From: a virus
IMG/VR virus record: IMGVR_UViG_3300017917_000199
Coordinates: 20,962 to 84,961 of that record
DNA: 64,000 nt
Reading direction: 5' to 3' (one strand)
The notes beneath the pieces were generated by a model, which saw only the letters and a list, made by a program, of their open reading frames with translations, was not told the DNA's origin and searched no databases. Positions within the stretch are counted from its first letter, which is position 1, and each line of letters begins with the position of its first letter. Positions 18,039 through 27,106 of the stretch are shown piece by piece. Position numbers and translations under genes: made by a program.

Positions 18039-18958
18039 GTTGTTAACTCCACTAATGTTGCTGCCATTGCTATTTCGGGAATACCGACTAATGGCAAATT
18101 TGCTAGACCATTACGAATAATAATGATACTTGCGTCTTTACGTTCTTGGTCTTTGCCCCACAAATCCAAGTTATCGTACATCCATTTATACGTATCTTCA
18201 ACTCTTGTCGGGTAAAGTGCGATATATTGCATTAACTGCTGTCTTCCCTCAAGAACTTTTCCAGATTTAAACAGTTGTGTCGCTTCCAACAACAAGTCAT
18301 TTTCACTTGATCCATGTGTTTCAGGCGCTAGTAGTTTACCTGTGCTACTATTAACTTGCAGTTGATTTAGACACTTACGCAGATCAGGATATGTTGCACG
18401 AACATACGTATCTAATGTGTCTGGATCAGCTTCAATATTTTCATTAGAAAGTACAGTAGCCGCACGAATCAAAAAGTCGTTGATATCAGGCTTAGCAATA
18501 TGAAACTCATGGCATCGTGACTTTAACGCAGGGATAACTTTGTATCCATAGTTACATGTCAGAATGTATCTACAAGTTTCAGCATACGCTTCCATATCAT
18601 TACGCAATGCAGCCTGTGCGTCACGTGACAGATAATCAGCTTCGTCTAATAGAACAATTTTAAACTTACCAAATGGCATTGTTTCAACAAAGCCATTGAT
18701 TTTTGTTCTTACGTTTTCGACCGAGTTTTCTCTGGATGCATTAATCTCAAGTACATCATAATCATCCACTTCAAGTTCTTTGATAAGAACTTTTGCAAGT
18801 GTAGTTTTACCTGTGCCTGGATCACCACTCAATAACAAGTGAGGGATAGATCCTTCTTTGATCCAGTTTTCAACTTGCTGCTTTTGCCTTTCGTCAACAA
18901 ACACATAATCAGAAACTGTGTTTGGACGATACTTTTCTACCCACAATTGATTTTTCAT
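18035..18958 (-). CDS. Clamp loader subunit (RFC small/T4 gp44-like)
   Basis: LWVEKYRP, PHLLLSGDPGTGKTT, EINAS, LLDEAD, SRC. Confidence 0.92.
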   Translation of the reverse strand: MKNQLWVEKYRPNTVSDYVFVDERQKQQVENWIKEGSIPHLLLSGDPGTGKTTLAKVLIKELEVDDYDVLEINASRENSVENVRTKINGFVETMPFGKFKIVLLDEADYLSRDAQAALRNDMEAYAETCRYILTCNYGYKVIPALKSRCHEFHIAKPDINDFLIRAATVLSNENIEADPDTLDTYVRATYPDLRKCLNQLQVNSSTGKLLAPETHGSSENDLLLEATQLFKSGKVLEGRQQLMQYIALYPTRVEDTYKWMYDNLDLWGKDQERKDASIIIIRNGLANLPLVGIPEIAMAATLVELTT

Positions 18959-19641
18959 TCTTTTTTATCACCAAATAGTTGTAACAATGACAAGAATATA
19001 TTAATGAAATCTAGGTACAATGTCAATGCCCCGGTGACTTCTGCAATCCCAGTATCAGTATCATACATGACCATTTCACGAATTTTTTGGGTATCATACG
19101 CTGTCAATCCCAAAAAGATAATGATAGCTAGTGCAGAAATTACCATTTGAAATACAGTGCTACCTACAAAAATGTTAATGATGCTGGCAATAATGATTGC
19201 AATTAAGCCAACAAACATGAACTTGCCTATGCTGTCTAGGTTGTTCTTAGTAAAGTACCCATATAGACTCATGGTTCCAAATAGTACTGCTGCTCCCATG
19301 AATGCTGTAAAAATGCTACCCATTTGGTATACAGCAAAGATAGTAGCAAAACTTAGTCCCATCAATGCTGCAAATCCATGTAGCATCAATAGTGCGATAG
19401 ATTTAGGTGGACCAGCATTTAATGCAATGGTAATTGCAAAAATAGCTGCTAGTGGAGCAAAGATTACAACCCACTTTAATACTCCTGTAAAAAAGAATTC
19501 TAGTAGTTGTGGAGTAGTACCAACAAAATAACTCACTAGCATACTAATAATAACAGCGACACTCATGTGGCTATAGACATTTGCCATAGCAGTGTTGATT
19601 TGTGCTGCTGAACGATAGGTTAAAGTATCTGAATAGCTCAT
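18955..19641 (-). CDS. Bax inhibitor-1/YccA family membrane protein
   Basis: About 7 TM segments; AYDTQKI and GALTLYLDFINIF motifs. Confidence 0.9.
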   Translation of the reverse strand: MSYSDTLTYRSAAQINTAMANVYSHMSVAVIISMLVSYFVGTTPQLLEFFFTGVLKWVVIFAPLAAIFAITIALNAGPPKSIALLMLHGFAALMGLSFATIFAVYQMGSIFTAFMGAAVLFGTMSLYGYFTKNNLDSIGKFMFVGLIAIIIASIINIFVGSTVFQMVISALAIIIFLGLTAYDTQKIREMVMYDTDTGIAEVTGALTLYLDFINIFLSLLQLFGDKKE

Positions 19642-19952
19642 CTTTTTAATGCCTCCATAGTAATAATTTGTGAAATATGTTTACCTAATTCTTCTTCGTC
19701 GTTGACAACATAAAGACTAGTCTCTACCCTATCATTTCTATTGTCATACTGTCTGAATTCAATAGCCCAACCACCGTTAGCTTTGAACATTTTGAACTGA
19801 ATTGGCTCTGTATTTAAGTCATCACTTTCTCTAACTAATTGCGCTCGGCGAACCTTAGAAGTACCAATAGTGTTGATAGCTCTAGGTTCATCATCTATAC
19901 GTTGAGCATTGTTAATTTTGTCGCCCAACCATTTGTAAAACCATTGTATCAT
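19638..19952 (-). CDS. Hypothetical protein
   Basis: 104-aa ORF in operon. Confidence 0.55.
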   Translation of the reverse strand: MIQWFYKWLGDKINNAQRIDDEPRAINTIGTSKVRRAQLVRESDDLNTEPIQFKMFKANGGWAIEFRQYDNRNDRVETSLYVVNDEEELGKHISQIITMEALKR

Positions 19953-19954
19953 TT

Positions 19955-20602
19955 TTACCCCAAATCTACTTTACCGTTACACTTTGGACAAATATATGCA
20001 CCTTTGTCATCATCATTAGGATTATCTACTAAATCCATAATGTCCTCAGTTGAGAAATCACATTCAGTGCATCTAAATTGTGCGTACTCAGGTTCAGGTG
20101 CATTACTAAAGGGCCACTTTGCTCCGGGCTCTAATTTAATTGACTCAGTAACTTCTTCATCTTCTTTGTCAGAGCCAACAATTTCACCTGTTGGATTACC
20201 GTCATCGTCAAGTCGTTCAATGATTAAATCACAATCGATAATCATTTCACATTCATCTTGCACCCAACCATGTTCTTCAAGGTCTAGCCAAGAATTACCC
20301 TCGTCAAAGAATTCTTGTAGCCATTCTTCGGTTTCCGCATCACAATCATCGTAATCGATTTCTTCCCAGCAACCGTCGTTAGTTTCAACTAGTTCTGTTT
20401 CATAGTCGCAGTTGTAGATATCTACCCCTGCTTCAATGTTTGGTGGATTGTCATCATCTGTATACACAGTGAATTCACCCCATCGCCAACCAGTCTCAAC
20501 CATAAGACGATTATCACCTTTGATGAAATAGTTACGTTCGATAACTGATTTCTTCCACTCGGGCTTGACAGACCATAATGCCATTTTAGTATACCTTATC
20601 AC
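19955..20602 (-). CDS. Acidic hypothetical protein with C-terminal Zn ribbon
   Basis: CTEC...CPKC. Start may be the downstream MALWSV. Confidence 0.55.
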   Translation of the reverse strand: MIRYTKMALWSVKPEWKKSVIERNYFIKGDNRLMVETGWRWGEFTVYTDDDNPPNIEAGVDIYNCDYETELVETNDGCWEEIDYDDCDAETEEWLQEFFDEGNSWLDLEEHGWVQDECEMIIDCDLIIERLDDDGNPTGEIVGSDKEDEEVTESIKLEPGAKWPFSNAPEPEYAQFRCTECDFSTEDIMDLVDNPNDDDKGAYICPKCNGKVDLG

Positions 20603-20963
20603 TCATTGTTTCATCTTCCATCGGCTCATCCGATACAAGCAGTATATCATTAGGATCTACTTTTCGCAACGTGACTTTACCCGAAGGAGTTTCAACAGTG
20701 ATACCGCGTGTCCAACGACCGTGACTAATAAGAATGTACTTACCAATTTCTAGTTGTGGGTCTTTAACATCAGGACCTAGTCCATAAATCTTTGCCCAAC
20801 GTGGACGAATACCAGATGACTTTTTATCATCGTCTAACAGAACAATGCCACCTTTACTGATACGTTCGTCAAACTTCATGTCCGAAACAATAATGTTATC
20901 ATGCATGAAGCGTAGTTTGTCTACTTTTGTAGGACTAAATGCTGGTTTGCTATACTCGCTCAT
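20586..20963 (-). CDS. groES: GroES-like co-chaperonin
   Basis: DNIIV...ISKGGIVL...GLGP...DILLV. Confidence 0.75.
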   Translation of the reverse strand: MSEYSKPAFSPTKVDKLRFMHDNIIVSDMKFDERISKGGIVLLDDDKKSSGIRPRWAKIYGLGPDVKDPQLEIGKYILISHGRWTRGITVETPSGKVTLRKVDPNDILLVSDEPMEDETMSDKVY

Positions 20964-21301
20964 TTCTTTCCTTCTTTTGCTTTAATTGCCTCAATCTCGT
21001 CATCAAGCTCTGTGTCTAATTCAAACTCTTTTTCAGCTTCGGTCAATTCAGCTAAATCTATTTTTGGTTTTGCTGGCGCAACAGGTTTACTTTTAACTGG
21101 TTGTGCTGAACGGTTACCTACAGTCTTTGAATATGAATCGTTGACTTTGGTAGTCACGGGTTTTACAATTCTGCCCTGATCGTTAATCGTATCACCCCTA
21201 GCGTTAACACTCATGTTGCCAACTGCTCGGGTTTTCTCATTTCTTGCGGCTAGTGCGGACATGTCTACGACTTTGCCCATTGCTGTTCTATAGTTAGCCA
21301 T
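20960..21301 (-). CDS. Hypothetical protein
   Basis: 113 aa; SD AGGAG; AVGNMSVNARGD motif. Confidence 0.6.
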   Translation of the reverse strand: MANYRTAMGKVVDMSALAARNEKTRAVGNMSVNARGDTINDQGRIVKPVTTKVNDSYSKTVGNRSAQPVKSKPVAPAKPKIDLAELTEAEKEFELDTELDDEIEAIKAKEGKK

Positions 21302-21311
21302 TTTAGTTCTC

Positions 21312-21821
21312 CTATTTTAAAAACTCATCTATTGGTAAGTCGTAGTATAAGCTATCAATTTTGTGAACTCCTATTAAGAATAACACATAACTCGCTACAC
21401 TACTACCCCTACCCACACCCCATACGATACCATTTTTACGCATGGTATCAACTAAGTATTTAAGATATTTTAACAAAACAAACATGTTTCTGTCTTGAAA
21501 TTTCAATAATTCGTCACCCGCACGTTGTAATTGTTCCTCAGTCGTGCATTGATCCAAGACAAATTTAGCAATGTCAAAATTTTTATATTCTTCTGGAAGA
21601 TACCAATTGCTTTGATTTAATTCATCAAACTTTTCTAGTGAGAGTTTCGGATCAACATATTCTTTTATGTTGTTGATATTGCTTGCTTCCAAAAAAACAT
21701 AGTCTAAATTTATGTTATTTTCAACCAAAACTTGTTTAATTATGCGTGTAGGATCTTGTAAAAACAAACCGCACAAATCAGTTTCATTTAAAATAGGTTG
21801 ACCATATAAATCTATCTTCAT
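21312..21821 (-). CDS. dnaE: DNA polymerase III alpha-like, N-terminal palm fragment (split gene part 1)
   Basis: R...EL......F...LKYLVD.MRKNGIVWGVGRGSSVASYVLFLIGVHKID....L..DEFLK corresponds to the DnaE GPGRGS...FERFL segment. Confidence 0.8.
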   Translation of the reverse strand: MKIDLYGQPILNETDLCGLFLQDPTRIIKQVLVENNINLDYVFLEASNINNIKEYVDPKLSLEKFDELNQSNWYLPEEYKNFDIAKFVLDQCTTEEQLQRAGDELLKFQDRNMFVLLKYLKYLVDTMRKNGIVWGVGRGSSVASYVLFLIGVHKIDSLYYDLPIDEFLK

Positions 21822-21827
21822 AGGTTT

Positions 21828-21856
21828 ATAATACACGACTTACCTGTTAAAGTCAA
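21828..21856 (-). promoter_or_regulatory. Sigma70 promoter, leaderless geometry
   Basis: TTGACT-17-TATTAT-6 nt-ATG. Confidence 0.75.
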
Positions 21857-22465
21857 TCAAGTTGGTTGTTTTTCGGATTCATTAGTGAATAGAATTTGGG
21901 CTTTGGTTACTGGTAATTTTTCTTCCCAATATAACTCATAGTCAGCCCATTCCATTTGACACGTTTTGACCAATTTAACAATCTTTTCCTTTTTGTTAAC
22001 TTTGGACAAATCGTTTATTGATGTGTTTGAATCATTCCACCATCCTTGTTTTTCAAATGGTCCCATAGGTTCTAATATATCGTATACAAATTTGACACCA
22101 TCGCTTAATCGTGATCCTAACGTGATTTCATCTAAAACTAACCTACCTTCACATATAGCATTTACTTTACGTAATAATGCAATAGCGACTATTTGGTCAT
22201 AGGGTTCATCAGGTATTGTGGATATTTTTAAATTGGCATCTTTGAATTTGTCAATTATTTTCTTTTCAGTGTTTTGAACGAAAACACAGTTATCCAAACA
22301 TTCATTGAACAATAACTTGACTCTTTCCATAGCAACATTTTGCTCGTGTATGGACTCGACTTCAACTGACATGTTTAACACTATGTTATAGTGGTTCATG
22401 TAAAATGTATTTTTAAAATACACACCGGCATACAATTCAACTGAACGTTCGATTCTGGTGCTCAT
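21857..22465 (-). CDS. Hypothetical protein
   Basis: 202-aa ORF. Confidence 0.55.
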   Translation of the reverse strand: MSTRIERSVELYAGVYFKNTFYMNHYNIVLNMSVEVESIHEQNVAMERVKLLFNECLDNCVFVQNTEKKIIDKFKDANLKISTIPDEPYDQIVAIALLRKVNAICEGRLVLDEITLGSRLSDGVKFVYDILEPMGPFEKQGWWNDSNTSINDLSKVNKKEKIVKLVKTCQMEWADYELYWEEKLPVTKAQILFTNESEKQPT

Positions 22466-22689
22466 TTTTTAATGTCAATCTTGGTTTTGATGTTTTGTTT
22501 TGCCATCATCTCATCCATTTTCTTATTGTACTCTGACTTATAGCTTTCTATTGCCATATTAAGTTGTTGCACCAATGCGGCATTTTGAGTTCTGTAGGCA
22601 AAGGTAAGTTTGGACATTAAGTCCGTGATAGTAGATTGTAAGTCCTCTAGTGACTTATCTGATAGGTCATTTATAAAAGGATGTTTCAT
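22462..22689 (-). CDS. Small coiled-coil hypothetical protein
   Basis: 75 aa; CTAAATA 6 nt upstream of the start. Confidence 0.55.
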   Translation of the reverse strand: MKHPFINDLSDKSLEDLQSTITDLMSKLTFAYRTQNAALVQQLNMAIESYKSEYNKKMDEMMAKQNIKTKIDIKK

Positions 22690-22702
22690 CCTACGTATTT
22701 AG

Positions 22703-23974
22703 TTACCAAGAACTTAACGCAATTCTTTTCCAAATATCATTGCCCACGTAAACGTTAGCAGTTGTTGCCGTAGTATTAGCTGATGGGATAACTGCGGTAT
22801 CCGCAACACCGTTAGTTCTGGATAAACTTACAGTAATGTTTCCACCTGAACCAATTGATTTAACGTAATATACAGTGTTTGCAACAATGCCACCTATATT
22901 TCCTGCAAATATTATCGGAGAATTTGTCACCAAACTTGTAGTATTGTTTAATGTAATATTTCCAGATGTTGCGGTTGCAGTAACTGATTTTGTATAAACA
23001 GTTGAATTAAAGTCATCAGTAGCAACATACATGTAACGTTGCGGATTCAAATACATGTTTCCAGTGCTACCTGCTAAGTTTACGTTAGCACCACCAATAC
23101 TAGAAGAAACAGTAAATGTGTTACTAGAAACAACATTACGAATGTAATATGTGACACCACTAGTAATATTTGCTTCAAAGCTAGTTCCAGTAAACACTAC
23201 AGGCATATCAGTGTACAATTGTGTAGTATTACCTGTTGTAGTGAAATAATCAGCAGCATTTGATGATGTAATGTTTAACTGATTTACACTGGTATCAATA
23301 GCAATTGTACCAGTAACGTCACCTGGTAATCCTGTTGGTGGAACAATTCGTTGTTGTACTTGTGTTGAAATACGTGGTCTGTTGAATGGCTCAATCGTAA
23401 CTGTGTTTCCGCAGTCTACTGTGCTTAGGCGATACTCTAATTGTGTAACACCATTTGGAATAGTGACAGTAGGAACATTACCAACGTTAGAAAAGTTTTC
23501 TAACAATTCAACACCGTAGTTTCCTGTCATAGAAACTGTAGAAGGGAAAGAAATTACAGCGTTTGCATTTGATATAGCTAATTCTAATTGAACATTACTT
23601 TGTGTACCGCTTGGTGCCCAGCCAGCCAATTGAATTGTAGTGTTACCTGCAATAGTACCATACTGTACATCACCTAATGATGCATCTATAACTACAGTAC
23701 CTGATAACGCATTACCTAAATTATAAGTGCTGGCTCTGAAACTTCTAGTAACAGCATTGCTTATTAATGTGTTAGCCATGTTGTTGTCAACAATGGTACC
23801 CGTCAAGGCTTGCTTAACAACTACTTTAGATTGTAGGTCTGAAATTTCAGTACTAGCTGTGTTTAAATTTGTCTTTATAGCACTGAAATTATCTCTAAAA
23901 CCCTGGCTGCTATTGTTCACCCCGGGTACTGGGTAATTTACATTGATTCCGTTTGTATTAATTGCACTTGTCAT
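22703..23974 (-). CDS. Virion structural (baseplate/tail-associated) protein
   Basis: YPVPGVNNSSQGFRDNF N-terminus, repeated beta modules, WKRIALSSW C-terminus. Confidence 0.65.
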   Translation of the reverse strand: MTSAINTNGINVNYPVPGVNNSSQGFRDNFSAIKTNLNTASTEISDLQSKVVVKQALTGTIVDNNMANTLISNAVTRSFRASTYNLGNALSGTVVIDASLGDVQYGTIAGNTTIQLAGWAPSGTQSNVQLELAISNANAVISFPSTVSMTGNYGVELLENFSNVGNVPTVTIPNGVTQLEYRLSTVDCGNTVTIEPFNRPRISTQVQQRIVPPTGLPGDVTGTIAIDTSVNQLNITSSNAADYFTTTGNTTQLYTDMPVVFTGTSFEANITSGVTYYIRNVVSSNTFTVSSSIGGANVNLAGSTGNMYLNPQRYMYVATDDFNSTVYTKSVTATATSGNITLNNTTSLVTNSPIIFAGNIGGIVANTVYYVKSIGSGGNITVSLSRTNGVADTAVIPSANTTATTANVYVGNDIWKRIALSSW

Positions 23975-23997
23975 AATCGTTTTCCGTTATGTATTTA

Positions 23998-26472
23998 TTA
24001 TTGCGGTTCGTCTGGTAAAATAGTTTGTCTAGGGAATAAGACATAAAAATCTTTACTGTCGATTGGGTCTGGAACGGGTGTTCCACTAGGTAATCCTGTC
24101 CATGTAGGCGGAGCAAGAAGATTATCATAGTTATATGTGATGCTCTTGTTGACTGTAAACCTGTCAATTCTAAAATTGATTAAATTTAATGTATATGGCC
24201 AATTGTTGTTGATATTGTTCTTTATCGTTTCACTGAAACCAGGCTTGGTATAACAAATTACCCATGCTTTAGTGAATCCTAATGTTCCACCGTTCGCTTG
24301 TTGACTAGTCATCCATAATGGTAATAGTTTACTGTTGTACTCTTGACCTAATACGTCAGCTACACGGTTTCTCATATTGTATAAACTATTTGGATACAGT
24401 GTTCTAGCATACCCAGGTGTTCTACTTGTATAGAATCCAGGCGGTAAATCTTTGTCATAGCTAGTGTAGATATCAGTGATACTTGTGTACCAAGGACCTA
24501 ATCCTAAATCAATTGGTCGAGGCCAGATTATAGGATTAGAAATACTTGTTCCTTGTGGGTTTTCCAAATTATCTATGATTTCACTATAGACAACTTCGTA
24601 AACAATTTCACCTGCATCGTTTTTAGCCACTGCTGTTTTTATTTCACCTAATGTTAGATATCTCCAATAATGGTTTCTAGTAACAGCGGCTATATATTCA
24701 TCAATCATACTAGCATATATTCCATATGCATGTTCATAAACTACGTTGGTTGATTTACCAAAGTTAATGTCAGTAGGCCTATAAACTAATTCACTTGGTA
24801 TAATCGTTTCGTCATTCAATAAAGAATTTATTAAATTTCTATCATCTATACCAGGTGTACAAGTTATATATAACGTATCAGTTGGTTGGTCAAACTCTTG
24901 CACAACAGTAACAACAAATGATTTAGATGAACTAATAGTCGGGTAATTAGGAGAATATGCTGTAATTGTAAATGAATATTCTGTAGTATCACCTACATTA
25001 AGTATTTGTTCTGTAGGTTGATCTGCCACTACACCCACAAGTTCACCGTTTGAATTTAAAGTTAAGTTTGGCGGTAATGATCCTTCACTTAAACTATAAT
25101 TTAAAGGAACATCACTAACTGCATTTACGTATAATGTACTTACGGATCCATTGTATATTGTACCTAAATTAGTATCAGTATTCCAAATAATAACTCCTGT
25201 TATATTTTTAGATACACTTAAAGAAAAGTTAAAGTTTGGTGTGGTGATACTAGGAGTACCTGATTTATAAACACGAACGTTAAAATTATAGTTATTCAAC
25301 ACATCAACATTTAGAGTAGGAGTACCAGTTATCCAACCAGTAACAGTATCTCCCACTAAATCAGGTGGTAAATTAGAAAAAGAATATCGTAAATCATTAC
25401 CATCAAAATCATAGCCTATAATTTTGAATGAAAAATAATTGTCACTTTCTATTGTACCTATTTGTGCCGGTACAGATGGATCTACTGGTGGAAGTCTATA
25501 ATAACCATAATATGGATCATTATCATTAAGATTAAATGTTAACGGTCTTGTATTTAAAATTGTAGGTACTCTTGTATTTACTGGATACCCGGGGCCTCCT
25601 TGACTGACAGGCGTATTTTGATTAATGACAGTAATAGAATAACTAGCAATATCATTTCCTAAATCACTGTATAATTTTAGTGCAAATGAATATGTTCTTA
25701 CAGTAGGTTGTCCAACGGATACTGCTGTTAAGGTAGCAGTCATTAAGCCTGAGCTATTTGATAGGGCAAGCACGTTTCCGTCCTGCGTAGTCGTTATAGT
25801 AAATTCAGTGGGACTAACTACACTTTTTACATAGTATGTGACCCCATCGACAATATTTCCAAAAACTGTTCCAGAAAAAACTATAGGTCTACCTGGTGTA
25901 AATTGTATAGTGCTAGAACATGTTAATATATTGGTGCCAGATGTTGTTGTAGTAACATTTGTACTTATTGAACTCAATGTAACTGTAACTGTAGGTGGTT
26001 GAGGGTAACCTCTAATAACACCTTGCTCGTTAATTTCTAATCCAGGGGGCAGCAAACCCTCGCTTAATTCAACAACTACTGAATTTGTTGGCACTGGGTT
26101 GTCAAATTCTATAGGTATTTCTACCCATTGGCTATCTAAAGTGTTTAAGATGTTGCCTTCAGGTGTTGTAAATTGTGGATTTGCAGAACCTGATACTAAC
26201 ATCGAAAATGTTCGGTCACGCAAATTATTTAAATTATCAGTGGCTCTTATAGTAAATGTTGAAGTTGTATCAGTAGTTACTAAAGTTGGTATGCCATTTA
26301 TTAATCCACTGGTAGAAATTCTTAATCCAACTGGTAATGACCCGCTTATCAAAGTGTAAGTCACACTTGTTGCTGGTAATACAGGAGAAGCAGATAACTG
26401 CACCGTTACTGTTAGACCGGCTGTATATCCACCTAATGACCCCGCCGCAGTATTCCAAATTGGTTGTGCCAT
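23998..26472 (-). CDS. Baseplate/tail structural protein with putative Ig (He_PIG-like) repeats
   Basis: Repeated GSLPxGL.I...G.I.G.P motifs. Confidence 0.7.
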   Translation of the reverse strand: MAQPIWNTAAGSLGGYTAGLTVTVQLSASPVLPATSVTYTLISGSLPVGLRISTSGLINGIPTLVTTDTTSTFTIRATDNLNNLRDRTFSMLVSGSANPQFTTPEGNILNTLDSQWVEIPIEFDNPVPTNSVVVELSEGLLPPGLEINEQGVIRGYPQPPTVTVTLSSISTNVTTTTSGTNILTCSSTIQFTPGRPIVFSGTVFGNIVDGVTYYVKSVVSPTEFTITTTQDGNVLALSNSSGLMTATLTAVSVGQPTVRTYSFALKLYSDLGNDIASYSITVINQNTPVSQGGPGYPVNTRVPTILNTRPLTFNLNDNDPYYGYYRLPPVDPSVPAQIGTIESDNYFSFKIIGYDFDGNDLRYSFSNLPPDLVGDTVTGWITGTPTLNVDVLNNYNFNVRVYKSGTPSITTPNFNFSLSVSKNITGVIIWNTDTNLGTIYNGSVSTLYVNAVSDVPLNYSLSEGSLPPNLTLNSNGELVGVVADQPTEQILNVGDTTEYSFTITAYSPNYPTISSSKSFVVTVVQEFDQPTDTLYITCTPGIDDRNLINSLLNDETIIPSELVYRPTDINFGKSTNVVYEHAYGIYASMIDEYIAAVTRNHYWRYLTLGEIKTAVAKNDAGEIVYEVVYSEIIDNLENPQGTSISNPIIWPRPIDLGLGPWYTSITDIYTSYDKDLPPGFYTSRTPGYARTLYPNSLYNMRNRVADVLGQEYNSKLLPLWMTSQQANGGTLGFTKAWVICYTKPGFSETIKNNINNNWPYTLNLINFRIDRFTVNKSITYNYDNLLAPPTWTGLPSGTPVPDPIDSKDFYVLFPRQTILPDEPQ

Positions 26473-26473
26473 A

Positions 26474-27097
26474 TTAATGTACGCCTAAATGCTGTAATGC
26501 TAAATGGTAGTGATGCTCTCTATCAGCTAACCCAATAGTTCCACCATTAATGCGTTTTGTTAAGGTGACGAAATCATCACGGTCACAATATTGATTTAAT
26601 TTATTATTATCCCAAAACCATCCTGCACTTGCTACGGCACCGTTAGGTGTTTCTAAATAAGCAATAGTATCTTCGATAGACATGTCCAATGCTTCTGCAA
26701 ACTTTGTGTAGTTTTCACGACCAGTCAATTGAATTAACCCACGTCCTCTAAATTTAAATCCATCCCCGCTTGCCTCATCACCGTTCTTCATGCGATTAGC
26801 GTAAACACGATTAGCAATCTTTTGTGGTTGACGTTCATACTGTTTTGCTAATTCTTCAGTAGGAAAATACTTTTTAAATGTACCCATCAAACCCTTAGCA
26901 CTGTAATTTAGATTTTCTACTACCGCAGTAAAGCCACCCGATTCGTGTGCTATCTGTGCTAAGAATCCTGCAACACGCTTTGGGTTCTCAAACATTTCAT
27001 AATACTCAGCTACTGTATTCAATGGTTCTACATAACCTTCTAATGTAGAACGTTTTGTTTTTGGACACATTGCTTGTAATAATTCTAAAGTTATCAT
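26474..27097 (-). CDS. Glycoside hydrolase family 19 endolysin/lysozyme
   Basis: FLAQIAHESGGF...ENLNYS, FRGRGLIQLTG, RINGG. Confidence 0.9.
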   Translation of the reverse strand: MITLELLQAMCPKTKRSTLEGYVEPLNTVAEYYEMFENPKRVAGFLAQIAHESGGFTAVVENLNYSAKGLMGTFKKYFPTEELAKQYERQPQKIANRVYANRMKNGDEASGDGFKFRGRGLIQLTGRENYTKFAEALDMSIEDTIAYLETPNGAVASAGWFWDNNKLNQYCDRDDFVTLTKRINGGTIGLADREHHYHLALQHLGVH

Positions 27098-27106
27098 TTA
27101 ATTTCC

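Noticed and set aside
21312-21821. Split intein joining the DnaE halves (as in cyanobacterial DnaE)
   Set aside because: No intein N-terminal (C/S..) block after the extein, and no HN-C/S/T motif at the start of the other half.
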